From: a virus
Lineage: Duplodnaviria > Heunggongvirae > Uroviricota > Caudoviricetes
Virus record (IMG/VR): IMGVR_UViG_3300034283_001314
Length of the DNA stretch: 64,000 nucleotides
Direction: 5' to 3' (one strand)
Under the pieces are notes generated by a model that made no database searches, was not told the origin of the DNA, and saw only the letters and a program-made list of their open reading frames with translations. Both the position numbers and the translations under genes were made by a program. This document shows, in pieces, positions 28,711 through 38,747 of the stretch. How positions within the stretch are numbered: the first letter of the stretch is position 1; every line of letters begins with the position of its first letter.

Positions 28711-29423
28711 TGGCAAGCTTAAAAAATTTAACAATCAATGATACTGGGTTTATCGGATTACCAACCGGTACTACTGGTGAAAGACCATCCGCATCAAATG
28801 GATATCTAAGATATAATAGTACATTAGGTAGACCCGAAGTTTATATCAGTAGTTGGTTAAATCCATATGCTAGAACGGAAGGTTATTTACATTATTATGA
28901 AGGCAGAGATGCAAATTTATATACCGGAAATTGGAATAATAGTACAACCTATTCAATGTTAAATTTCGGTGGATTGGGACACATTACAGCACACGGTTGG
29001 ACAACAGGCCCGGCAACATATACATTAACATTGGGTTCGATTCCAACACATACACAAGTTCGTTATGTAGTATTTTGGCATTTAGTAGATTCCGTAGATA
29101 CTGAAACTAATAATTTATTTTTAATGAATTCTACTGGAACTGAAACTGAATTTTTAAGATTTACAAAAACATGGAATGCAGTTCCATCAATATCTGTTTT
29201 ACAATCCGGTGCAACTGCAACATGGAGTGGGTCAAAAACATATACACATACACCGTGGACAACTGCTACTGGTAACCCAACTATACATGGATATTATGTT
29301 TTTGATAGTGGTTATTATGACCACACATCAACTTCATTTACTGCAAGACATGTATTGGGAGCAGACCAAGCTCAAGCGGATGAGGCAATGTATCTTTCAC
29401 ACGTTCAATTATGGATAAGATAA
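28710..29423 (+). CDS. Fibre tip adhesin, different C-terminal beta domain
   Basis: Same LPTGTTGERP..GYLRYN N-terminal anchor as its neighbours. Confidence 0.65.
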   Translation: MASLKNLTINDTGFIGLPTGTTGERPSASNGYLRYNSTLGRPEVYISSWLNPYARTEGYLHYYEGRDANLYTGNWNNSTTYSMLNFGGLGHITAHGWTTGPATYTLTLGSIPTHTQVRYVVFWHLVDSVDTETNNLFLMNSTGTETEFLRFTKTWNAVPSISVLQSGATATWSGSKTYTHTPWTTATGNPTIHGYYVFDSGYYDHTSTSFTARHVLGADQAQADEAMYLSHVQLWIR

Positions 29424-29424
29424 T

Positions 29425-31086
29425 ATGGCAAGTTTAAAAAATACAACAATAACAAGTTCTACGGGATATTTGGGATTACCATCCGGAACAGGAACACAAA
29501 GACCATCACCAACAACTGGAATGATGAGATATAATTCAAGTCGTACTGAGGTTGAAGTATATGATGGAACTAAATGGATGAGTGCACAAAAAAGAAAAGA
29601 AAATTATAGTACATCTGGTTTAGTTTGTTATATAGATGCAGGTGACCCTCAATGTTATAGTGGTAATGGTAGTACACTAACTGATTTATCAGGAAATTCA
29701 AATAATTTAACTCTACCTGGTTCCGGCGTAACATTTAACACAACCGGAGGAGGTTCTTTATATTTCGATGGAACTGCAAGAGCAAATGTTGCACATCATA
29801 GTTCATTAGATTTTACAAGTACACAACAATATACTGTTTTAATTTGGGTAAATCCATCATTGGGAGGAACAACTTGGCATGGATTAATAAGTAAAGGAAA
29901 CTCACAACAATATGCTGCAACATTAAGAAGTGCATTTGGATATATTCATTATGAAACAAACTATTCATTAGGCGCGATAGATACACCAACAAATTCAATA
30001 GTAGGGAGTAAATGGCAACAAGTTGTTATTAGAAGTGATGGTTCGTCAAAAGCAACATTCATTGATACAATACGATGTGCATATGTAACGGGAGCAGTTA
30101 GTTCAACTACAAATACCGAAACATTAAGATTTGGTGAAGGAAATGATGGTGAACTACTTATTGGGTATATAGGTGGTGTAATGATATATAATAGAGCATT
30201 AAGTGATGAAGAAATTGGAACTATATTTAATGAACAAAGAGGTAGATACGGAGTAGATGCTCCATTGGGTTCAGCATTTAATCCAGCAGATTCGGCGCAA
30301 ACAATAAAAACCTTAAATTCAAATGCACCAAATGGTGTATATTATATAAATTTACCCAGCATCGGCCCTAGAAAAACATTTTGTATAATGGATAGTGCAT
30401 TTGATGGTGGAGGGTGGATGATGGTAATGAAAGCCACAAGAGGAACTACTTTTAATTATGGGGCAAGTTATTGGACTACACAAAATGTATTAAATCAAAA
30501 TAACTTAAATCAAGATGATGGTGATGCTAAATATGATGCATTCAATTATTTCGAAGGTACGGATTTAATGGCTAGATGGCCTGATATTGCAACAAGCGGA
30601 GGTAGTATTGCTGGAACAGGAACTTGGACATGGATGGAAAAAGGTTTTAATGGTGGTAGAGCTAGTACACGAACAAATTTAGTAGATTTTTTTACTAATG
30701 CAGGAACATACGAAAGTGGAGATGGTGGTACTTATGGTGGATATTTTTTAAGAGATGCAAAAACTTTTACTGGTTGGGCTAGTGGTATATTTTCAAGCCA
30801 GGTGGATATTAGATTTTACGGATTTAATTTTAGAAATAACCCAACATATTTTGGTGTAACCGATGCAAAAGTTAGATGGGGGTTTGGTTGGAATGAGAAT
30901 GGAGAAGGATTATATACATCTCCAGCCACTTTGGCTATTGGCCCATACAGAGGTTCGGACGATGTAAGTGGTGGAATTGGTATGGATAGTAGATACGGAA
31001 ACTATTCAGGTGGAGATATGATTGGGTGTTGTCAAGATACGACTGGTATAAATAGAAGTGCAAGAGTAGAAGTTTATATTAGATAA
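29425..31086 (+). CDS. Fibre tip adhesin: LamG plus fibrinogen-C-like domain
   Basis: Anchor LPSGTGTQRP; LamG IYNRALSDEEI; NGVYYI..TFCIMD..GGGWMMV fibrinogen-like start. Confidence 0.75.
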   Translation: MASLKNTTITSSTGYLGLPSGTGTQRPSPTTGMMRYNSSRTEVEVYDGTKWMSAQKRKENYSTSGLVCYIDAGDPQCYSGNGSTLTDLSGNSNNLTLPGSGVTFNTTGGGSLYFDGTARANVAHHSSLDFTSTQQYTVLIWVNPSLGGTTWHGLISKGNSQQYAATLRSAFGYIHYETNYSLGAIDTPTNSIVGSKWQQVVIRSDGSSKATFIDTIRCAYVTGAVSSTTNTETLRFGEGNDGELLIGYIGGVMIYNRALSDEEIGTIFNEQRGRYGVDAPLGSAFNPADSAQTIKTLNSNAPNGVYYINLPSIGPRKTFCIMDSAFDGGGWMMVMKATRGTTFNYGASYWTTQNVLNQNNLNQDDGDAKYDAFNYFEGTDLMARWPDIATSGGSIAGTGTWTWMEKGFNGGRASTRTNLVDFFTNAGTYESGDGGTYGGYFLRDAKTFTGWASGIFSSQVDIRFYGFNFRNNPTYFGVTDAKVRWGFGWNENGEGLYTSPATLAIGPYRGSDDVSGGIGMDSRYGNYSGGDMIGCCQDTTGINRSARVEVYIR

Positions 31087-31135
31087 TTAAACAAAATATT
31101 AATTTAAGATATTTATAAAAAACATATAAGATTAA

Positions 31136-33940
31136 ATGGCATCATTATTTCAAATTAGGAGAGGAGAATCACTTACCGGTTCATTAGAAAGTGGTGAATT
31201 ATATTATGATATTGAATCTCAATCATTAGCATTAGGTACTGATATTGGTACTAATGTACAATTAGCAAAAATCGGTGGAATTAATAGTGGTAGTTTTAAC
31301 GTAAGTGGAGATATTACATTAGGTGGTACTATTACAATTGGTGATAATACAAATGATAGTGTTATTTTTAATGCAGATTTAAGTTCTTCAATTATACCTG
31401 ATGCAACTAATATATACGATTTGGGTTCTACATCTAAAGTATATAGAAATGTTTATGCAACATCTGGTTCATTTACACAATTAACGGGCACTCTAAGTGG
31501 TTCGATTAATGGTATTGGTAATATAACAACATATAGTACATCCGTAGATAATAGGATAATTATAAATTCTCAAAGTGCATGGGGAGCATTCCAAAGTGCA
31601 TCTTCATATAGTAGTAGTTTTTATACCACAATTAATAATACAACAGAAAGTGTATTAATAAATTCTCAAAGTGCATGGGGAGCATTCCAAAGTGCAAGTG
31701 CATATAGTGCAAGTTTCTATACAACTATAAACACTAATATTGATAATATTGCTTCGAATAGTGCATCAGCATGGGGAGCATTCCAAAGTGCAAGTTCTTA
31801 TAGTAGTTCATTTAGTTCATCCTTAAGTTCAGTAAGTTCTTCTATTAGTGGAACAATAGCAACATTATCACAAAGTGTATCTACTTCATTAAGTTTAGTA
31901 AGTGAATCAATTTATACAAGAGATTATAATCAAGATATAAATATTACCGTAAACTCTGCATCAGCATGGGGAGCATTCCAAAGTGCTTCAGCATATAGTG
32001 CAAGTGCGGTAGCTATATTTGCAACAACTGGTTCAAATACATTTAATGGTTCTCAAATTATAAGTGGTAATGTAGATATTACAGGAACAATTACCGCATT
32101 TGAAATTCATACAATATACCAAAGTTCCTCAGTAATATTCAGTAGTGGTTCTCAAACTTTCGGTGATCAACAAAGTGATAAAGTAAGTATTACAGGTTCA
32201 TTAGAAGTAACTGGTTCAACTAACTTTACAGAATTAAGTGGTAGTTTAGCAACATACTCGCAATCAGTAGATAGTAGGATTAGTGCAAGTAATGCTATAA
32301 CAAATTTATATAGTAGCAGTTTTTATACCACAATTAATAATGCAACTCAAAGTATATTAATAAATTCTCAAAGTGCATGGGGAGCATTCCAAAGTGCATC
32401 TTCGTATAGTGCAAGTTTACAAAGTTCAATATTAATAGTAAGTGAAAGTGCATGGGGAGCATTTCAAAGTGCATCTTCGTATAGTTCTTCGTTTAGTTCA
32501 TCTTTAAGTGCAACTAGTGGAGCATTACAAACTTCAATTTTAAATATAAGTACATCCGTTTCCAATCTAAGTATTGCAGCGGGAGCAAACACTTCAACAA
32601 ATAATACATTTACAGGATATAATACATTTACACAATATATAACTGGTTCTATAAGTGGTGCAGTGGATGGTATAGATGTAAGAGATATATCTTCATCATT
32701 TAATAGTAGAATTAGTATAAGTGTAGCTAATGTAACAGAATTAAGTGCATCTATATATCAAACAGATGCAACACAATCTACTAATATTTCTATAAACTCC
32801 GCAAGTGCATGGGGAGCATTCCAAAGTGCATCTTCGTATAGTAGTTCATTTGCAACATCTATTAGTGAAAGTAATGCAGCAAGAATTGATTTAAGTTCAA
32901 GTATAGCAACAACTGATACAAACCAACAATTACAGATAACTTCTTTAATCACAAATTATGTATCAGCTTCAGTAGTAACATCATTATCAACATCAGTAGA
33001 TAGTAGATTAGATTCATTGGAATTTAACGATACAACATATGCAACAACCGGTTCAAATACATTTAAAGCAAACCAAATTATTAGTGGTTCATTAAATGTA
33101 ACAAATGATATTACAGCAAGTGGAAATTTATTTGTTAGTGGAACTATATACGCAACTGAATTACATACAATCATACAAAGTTCATCTGTAATATTTAGTA
33201 GTGGTTCAAACCAAATTGGAGATCAACAAAGTGATATACTGACTATAACAGGTTCATTAAATCAAACTGGTTCAACTTCGTTTAGTGAGTTAAGTGGTAG
33301 TTTATTTGCATTTAGTGCATCATTAAATAGTAGATTTGGTAATATTGGTACTGATGTAAATACATTAAGTGCATCTATATATCAAACAGATGCAACACAA
33401 TCTACTAATATTTCTATAAACTCCGCAAGTGCATGGGGAGCATTCCAAAGTGCATCTTCGTATAGTGCAAGTGCGGCAACGGTAGCAATTACAAATGCAA
33501 ATTCAGCAGCAGGTGCTTTAGCAAGTGCTTCGGCATACTCTGCAAGTGCAGTAACAACTTATGCTAAATTAGCGGTAGCAAATACATTTACACAAAACCA
33601 AATCATAAGTGGTTCGTTAAATGTAACCGGAGATGTAGTAGCATACTCAACATCGGATGAAAGATTAAAAGATAACATTCAATTAATTTCTAATCCAATC
33701 CACAAAGTACAACAATTAAGAGGTGTCGAATTTGATTGGAATGATAAATCTATATTTAAAGCAGGTAAACATGATTATGGTGTGATAGCTCAAGATGTTG
33801 AAAAAGTATTGCCTGAGTTAGTAAAAGAATCATCTACTGGTTATTTAGGTGTTGATTATGATAAGATTATAGGTTTATTAATTGAAGTTGCAAAAGAACA
33901 AGAAAAACGAATAAAAGATTTAGAAAATAAGATAGTTTAG
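31136..33940 (+). CDS. Ser-rich tail fibre with peptidase S74 chaperone
   Basis: N-terminal QIRRG..LESGEL; SAWGAFQSAS repeats; C-terminal SDERLKDNI..GVIAQDVEKVLPELV. Confidence 0.85.
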   Translation: MASLFQIRRGESLTGSLESGELYYDIESQSLALGTDIGTNVQLAKIGGINSGSFNVSGDITLGGTITIGDNTNDSVIFNADLSSSIIPDATNIYDLGSTSKVYRNVYATSGSFTQLTGTLSGSINGIGNITTYSTSVDNRIIINSQSAWGAFQSASSYSSSFYTTINNTTESVLINSQSAWGAFQSASAYSASFYTTINTNIDNIASNSASAWGAFQSASSYSSSFSSSLSSVSSSISGTIATLSQSVSTSLSLVSESIYTRDYNQDINITVNSASAWGAFQSASAYSASAVAIFATTGSNTFNGSQIISGNVDITGTITAFEIHTIYQSSSVIFSSGSQTFGDQQSDKVSITGSLEVTGSTNFTELSGSLATYSQSVDSRISASNAITNLYSSSFYTTINNATQSILINSQSAWGAFQSASSYSASLQSSILIVSESAWGAFQSASSYSSSFSSSLSATSGALQTSILNISTSVSNLSIAAGANTSTNNTFTGYNTFTQYITGSISGAVDGIDVRDISSSFNSRISISVANVTELSASIYQTDATQSTNISINSASAWGAFQSASSYSSSFATSISESNAARIDLSSSIATTDTNQQLQITSLITNYVSASVVTSLSTSVDSRLDSLEFNDTTYATTGSNTFKANQIISGSLNVTNDITASGNLFVSGTIYATELHTIIQSSSVIFSSGSNQIGDQQSDILTITGSLNQTGSTSFSELSGSLFAFSASLNSRFGNIGTDVNTLSASIYQTDATQSTNISINSASAWGAFQSASSYSASAATVAITNANSAAGALASASAYSASAVTTYAKLAVANTFTQNQIISGSLNVTGDVVAYSTSDERLKDNIQLISNPIHKVQQLRGVEFDWNDKSIFKAGKHDYGVIAQDVEKVLPELVKESSTGYLGVDYDKIIGLLIEVAKEQEKRIKDLENKIV
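31577..33453 (+). repeat. Eight in-frame copies of 23-bp GCATGGGGAGCATTCCAAAGTGC (AWGAFQSA)
   Basis: Starts at 31577, 31673, 31769, 31964, 32375, 32450 (1 mismatch), 32807, 33431. All spacings are multiples of 3. Confidence 0.9.
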
Positions 33941-33997
33941 TATTAAGATTTATATATTTATAGACTAATAACAAACTAAAAAAAAGAGTAAACTCAA

Positions 33998-35704
33998 ATG
34001 GGACTTAAATTTAGACGTGGTACGACCGCACAACAATCAGGTTCGTTAGCATTCGGTGAACCATATGTAAACACTACATTGGGAACATTAGTAATTGGTG
34101 GAGCAACAGGTGATATCGTTTTATCATCAACTGGTACAGGAAGTACTGGAACATTCGGAGCTATTTCAGGTTCTGGATTAGATATCACAGGTAACGCAAA
34201 TATTGCGGGTAATTTAACTTTAGGTGGACAATTAACAATCGGTGATAATACATCCGATACAGTTAATGTAGTTGCATCATTAAGTTCATCACTTATTCCA
34301 TCTGTGGATAACGTATTTGATTTGGGTTCTCAAACTAAAATTTGGAGAGACCTTTATATTTCAACTGGTTCAATTAATGTTGTTGCAGCCGGTGCAATAT
34401 TATCATCTATTACAACAAATGCAGATGGTTCTCAAACTTTCCCTAATGGTTTATACTCTCAGGCAAATATAATAATTGGTAGTGGTTCTTATGTTAATAT
34501 AGGTAAATTCGAAATTGGTAGAAGAGGAGATACTCCTGATAATAATACTGTTTTAGGTATTGATGTAATGCCTGATTTAACAACTGGTGAATTTAATACT
34601 GGTATTGGTAGAGGTACATTATATAATTTAACAACCGGTGGTAATAATATTGCAATGGGTGACCAAGCAGGTTATTCAATGGTAAATGGTGTAGGAAATA
34701 TCACAATCGGTAAAAGTGCAGCATTTACTTTAGCAGACCCAGGTGGTGTGAATGGACAACCTGTATCAAATACATTCGTAGGTGATGGTGTAGGAGGTTA
34801 TGTAAATAGTGGATTTTATACAACAGCAATTGGTGGTAATGCATTAAAAGGTAAAAGTGATGAAACGGATAGATTTATTAAAAATACAGCAATTGGATAC
34901 GGTGCAGGTAGTTATCTAACCGGTATCGCAACGAATAACTTATATTTGGGTGCAAATGCAGGACCTTCTTCATATACGAATGAAAGTTATAAATTTTATG
35001 TTTCAAATGGTGAAGTGGGTGATCAACCATTTATGTATGGTGATATGACAAATAGTAGCAGAACATTGGATATCAATGCATCTACAACTATATCTGGTTC
35101 ATTAAGTGTTTCAACCTTAACCGGAATTGGTAATGTAACAACATATTCAACATCAGTAGATAGTAGAATTGTAACCAACTTAAATTCTGCAGCTGGTGCT
35201 TTTGCAAGTGCTTCAGCATATAGTGCAAGTGCAGCAACTTCATTTAGTGCAAGTTTAGCTTCTCAAACAGCATTATCTGCAAGTGCATTTACATCTTATG
35301 CTAAATTAGCAGGAGCAAATACATTTACAGCTAATCAAATCGTAAGTGGTTCTATCACAGCAACTGGTGATGTAGTAGCATATTCAACTTCAGATAAAAG
35401 ACATAAGAACAACATTGTAAATATTACAGATGCATTAGCAAAAGTAACTAAATTAAATGGTGTAACTTGGGAATGGAATGATGATGTTGATACAGCAACT
35501 AAAGAAACACCTAAGACTGGTTTAATTGCACAAGAAGTACAAGAAGTTTTACCAGAAGTGGTGAAAGAAAGAGGAGATGGTTTCTTAGCATTAGATTATT
35601 CTAAAACAATAGGTTTATTGGTAGAAGCAATCAAAGAACAACAAACACAAATACATTCTTTAACTTTAGAAATCGAAAAATTAAAGAAGAATAATAGCTT
35701 ATAA
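33998..35704 (+). CDS. Tail fibre with YadA-head-like Gly repeats and peptidase S74 chaperone
   Basis: N-terminal KFRRG..LAFGEP; NTxIG/NIAMG repeats; SDKRHKNNI..GLIAQEVQEVLPEVV. Confidence 0.85.
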   Translation: MGLKFRRGTTAQQSGSLAFGEPYVNTTLGTLVIGGATGDIVLSSTGTGSTGTFGAISGSGLDITGNANIAGNLTLGGQLTIGDNTSDTVNVVASLSSSLIPSVDNVFDLGSQTKIWRDLYISTGSINVVAAGAILSSITTNADGSQTFPNGLYSQANIIIGSGSYVNIGKFEIGRRGDTPDNNTVLGIDVMPDLTTGEFNTGIGRGTLYNLTTGGNNIAMGDQAGYSMVNGVGNITIGKSAAFTLADPGGVNGQPVSNTFVGDGVGGYVNSGFYTTAIGGNALKGKSDETDRFIKNTAIGYGAGSYLTGIATNNLYLGANAGPSSYTNESYKFYVSNGEVGDQPFMYGDMTNSSRTLDINASTTISGSLSVSTLTGIGNVTTYSTSVDSRIVTNLNSAAGAFASASAYSASAATSFSASLASQTALSASAFTSYAKLAGANTFTANQIVSGSITATGDVVAYSTSDKRHKNNIVNITDALAKVTKLNGVTWEWNDDVDTATKETPKTGLIAQEVQEVLPEVVKERGDGFLALDYSKTIGLLVEAIKEQQTQIHSLTLEIEKLKKNNSL

Positions 35705-35706
35705 GA

Positions 35707-36711
35707 ATGTATGATGTATATTATACAACAGGTTTCGGAAATAAAGTAGGTGCTGGTAGTGATGTTTGGGTGAACAATTTTGTAGAATATGTTGTTCCTC
35801 ATTTAAAAGTAAAACCTATCCTACTTATACATAGAAAAAGACCAGATGATTTTGAGGGGGACAAGTTCCCCCTTGAAATTTATTGGCAAGTGGATGATAA
35901 AGATAAGTTCGATGAACTTATAAATAGTGCTCGGCGAATACACATACTACACGGACACTATTACCCTAACTCAGCAATCCTAAACAATTTGGACAAGATA
36001 GAGAGTTATGTAATGCATAATTCAATAGATATGTCTCTCAAAGCTGGCTTATTTTCAGATGCACCTGGTATGCAACACTATGGTACAGATCCGGAATGGG
36101 AACTGAATATTATAGAAAAAGCTAAAAAGAGAATATGGATTGGATTATTTCAAACTCCTACTCACGCAAAATATGAGTTCATAGATATTCCAAATTATTA
36201 TGATTTTCAACATAATTTAGAATTAAATGATAGTACAAAGGTAGGTTTTGCATCTAGAACGGAAACAAGAAAGAGAGTGTGGTATTTAGAAAACATAGAT
36301 TGTTATTTATTTACAACATTAAAAGTTTTAAATAATATATGGGAGAAGGGATATGGGGTGAATTTCAAAAGAGCTAAACGATATATGTTTGATTATAGTA
36401 AATTAGATTGGTTTTATCGTTTAGAATGGGGGATTTCACATAGTTGTTTTAATTATGAACCATTTGGATATTCAATATTTCAAGCGGTTGATTATGGAAA
36501 ACTACCTATATTGAGTAAAGATTGGTTAAAAGATTTTAGTTATCCATTTAGAGCAGAAAGTAAAACAGAGTTTGAAGGAACGGTGCAGTGGATTAAAAAT
36601 AGTGATTACGAATATAAAAAACATTGGTTCAATAAATTAAAAGAAAAAATGTTAGAGTATTCAAATAAAGATAAATGGGTTAATAGTTTATTAGATATTT
36701 ATAATAGTTAA
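35707..36711 (+). CDS. Glycosyltransferase (GT-B fold, GT4-like)
   Basis: N-terminal GAGSDVWV; VGFASR..RK; EPFGYSIFQAVDYGKLPIL (EPFG..EA-like motif). Confidence 0.7.
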   Translation: MYDVYYTTGFGNKVGAGSDVWVNNFVEYVVPHLKVKPILLIHRKRPDDFEGDKFPLEIYWQVDDKDKFDELINSARRIHILHGHYYPNSAILNNLDKIESYVMHNSIDMSLKAGLFSDAPGMQHYGTDPEWELNIIEKAKKRIWIGLFQTPTHAKYEFIDIPNYYDFQHNLELNDSTKVGFASRTETRKRVWYLENIDCYLFTTLKVLNNIWEKGYGVNFKRAKRYMFDYSKLDWFYRLEWGISHSCFNYEPFGYSIFQAVDYGKLPILSKDWLKDFSYPFRAESKTEFEGTVQWIKNSDYEYKKHWFNKLKEKMLEYSNKDKWVNSLLDIYNS

Positions 36712-36732
36712 AGAAAATAAAAAGGAAATAAT

Positions 36733-38418
36733 ATGCCAAAATCAAATTTAAGTTTAAGTAACTTATACAGATCGTGGAGTGGAACCGGTAGAACTTCACA
36801 ATCATCATCATTAAACGCGGCAAATGGAATGGCGGGTACGCCGGTATCTATGAGTTCATTCTCAATAGATGGTGTAACGGCAACACTACCATTTACATAT
36901 ATTGTAGAAAACACATCCGAAAATGTAACATTTGCATTTACAGGAGCAGGTTTAGCATTTAACAATAGAGTTAGAACACAAGGTAATAACTATCAGTTTT
37001 TGCTAGATTTTAATATGACACAATATGATTTTGAGGTTGGTACACGTGGTCAAACAACTGCTATTAATGCATTGAATTTGGCAAATTCACCATCTTACAC
37101 AGGTAGTGCTAATGGAAACCGATTAAGTGTATATTTTGAAGATGGTTACAACTCAGGTTCAACTGGAAACTATGGGTTTGAAAATAGAGCAGAAAAACAG
37201 ATATATAGAGTAGATAGTTATAACTCTATTAACTCCGATATTTTATGTGTTGCAACTGATACTCAAATTTTATTAGCAGATGGAACATCAGTTGAAGCTG
37301 GTGATTTATATGTTGGTGATAGTATTAAAACATTTGTACCAGAAGGAATGCCATCATGGTTACCTGAAAACGATTTGGGTGAATGGTATTGGTGGTATCA
37401 TACATCAGCTAGTGCTGGTGAAGTAGTAGATGCACAAGTTAGTAATATCTATTTCTCATTTATTGATCAATATGTATCAATTAATGATGGTGCAATTAAA
37501 ACAACACACGCTCATCCTTTCTATGCTTGGGATGCAATTACAAATACATACCAATTTACAAGAGCAGAGGATGTAGCAGAAGGTGATAAATTAATTAAAT
37601 ATAATAATCTAACTGGATTAATTGAAGAAATCGATGTTATAAATGTTGAATTCCATAATAGAAATTTAGAAATTGCAACAATTACCGTAGATGTAGCACA
37701 TACTTTCTTAGCAAACGGATTTGTTTCACATAATAAAGGAGCAGCAAGTGCACCAATCCCATGGCAAAATTTAACATGTTATTTAGATCCACAATTCGCA
37801 AATTCATACAACGTATCAGGTCAAAGAGATTTAAATGATTTAAGTGGAAATACAACTGGTTTTAACCTACTTGGTGGTAATTCAAATCCCGCAAAGGTAG
37901 CACCTGTATTTAATACATCAACTCCAAAATCATTAACATTTGCAGCTAATAAATTAGGTGTTAAACAACCTGGAAACCCAACCGGTACTAATCATACATT
38001 GTTTAACTCAACAACTGCAAATGGATATACTATTATTGCATTTGTAAAAAATAGTGCTGGTACTTTTTTTAGAAGAGATCCAGACTTTTTATTTGGTACC
38101 GCAACCGAGGGTGGTTTAGTAGCCTTCTGGCATACAACTGCAAATATAATTATAAATGTAGGATCACAAACTACTAGTGGTTGGAGAATGTATGCAGTAA
38201 CAACAGGAGCAGGTACAACTAAAATATATAATAATAATGTAGAGATATATACGGCATCAGATGCTAAAGCTACTCACGCTAACACTTCAACGGGTGATAT
38301 AGAATTAATGAATGGTAACACTGGTGAATTAGGTTCATTCTTCTTCTATCAAAGAGCATTGAGTGCAACTGAAATTGGAGTAATTTGGAATAACTTAAAA
38401 GGTAGATACGGATTATAA
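36733..38418 (+). CDS. Fibre-tip adhesin with internal Hint (BIL-like) domain and C-terminal LamG-like domain
   Basis: CVATDTQILLADG..TTHAHPF..FLANGFVSHN; C-terminal FYQRALSATEI..RYGL. Confidence 0.8.
   Translation: MPKSNLSLSNLYRSWSGTGRTSQSSSLNAANGMAGTPVSMSSFSIDGVTATLPFTYIVENTSENVTFAFTGAGLAFNNRVRTQGNNYQFLLDFNMTQYDFEVGTRGQTTAINALNLANSPSYTGSANGNRLSVYFEDGYNSGSTGNYGFENRAEKQIYRVDSYNSINSDILCVATDTQILLADGTSVEAGDLYVGDSIKTFVPEGMPSWLPENDLGEWYWWYHTSASAGEVVDAQVSNIYFSFIDQYVSINDGAIKTTHAHPFYAWDAITNTYQFTRAEDVAEGDKLIKYNNLTGLIEEIDVINVEFHNRNLEIATITVDVAHTFLANGFVSHNKGAASAPIPWQNLTCYLDPQFANSYNVSGQRDLNDLSGNTTGFNLLGGNSNPAKVAPVFNTSTPKSLTFAANKLGVKQPGNPTGTNHTLFNSTTANGYTIIAFVKNSAGTFFRRDPDFLFGTATEGGLVAFWHTTANIIINVGSQTTSGWRMYAVTTGAGTTKIYNNNVEIYTASDAKATHANTSTGDIELMNGNTGELGSFFFYQRALSATEIGVIWNNLKGRYGL
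37246..37734 (+). other. Hint/BIL autoprocessing domain (163 aa, residues 172-334)
   Basis: Cys1, TxxH block B, terminal His-Asn; the +1 residue is Lys; no homing endonuclease. Confidence 0.85.
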
Positions 38419-38472
38419 TATCGTTTGAGTAAAAAAATATATATTTATATATAGAACAAATAAATAAAGATT

Positions 38473-38721
38473 ATGGCAAAAATTAAAGATGAGCAGTTAC
38501 AAAAAATGAACGAATTGAGAGGGAAATATAATGAGCTAGTGTTTATTATAGGACAAAATCAAATCAGACAAAAAGAGTTAAAATTAGAAGAAGAAAGTAT
38601 GTATGTTGAATTAGAAAAACTAAATTCAGAAGAACAACTATTTTTCGCTGATTTACAAAAAGAATACGGTGATGGTAATCTAGACACAACAACTGGAGAA
38701 TTTACACCTAAAGAACAATAA
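38473..38721 (+). CDS. Small coiled-coil protein (possible fibre chaperone)
   Basis: 82 aa; ends LQKEYGDGNLDTTTGEF. Confidence 0.6.
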   Translation: MAKIKDEQLQKMNELRGKYNELVFIIGQNQIRQKELKLEEESMYVELEKLNSEEQLFFADLQKEYGDGNLDTTTGEFTPKEQ

Positions 38722-38747
38722 TAATATATTTTTACAACAATGTTTGT

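Noticed and set aside
31577-33453. 23-bp repeats as a CRISPR array
   Set aside because: Spacing is irregular (75-624 bp) and always a multiple of 3, the repeats encode a peptide inside a long ORF, and there are no cas genes.
37246-37734. Canonical mobile intein
   Set aside because: The +1 residue is Lys, there is no homing endonuclease, and the host protein is a variable adhesin. A BIL-type Hint fits better.
15987-38418. Diversity-generating retroelement or invertible tip cassette
   Set aside because: No reverse transcriptase or invertase is present, I saw no TR/VR pair with adenine-specific differences, and all genes share one orientation.
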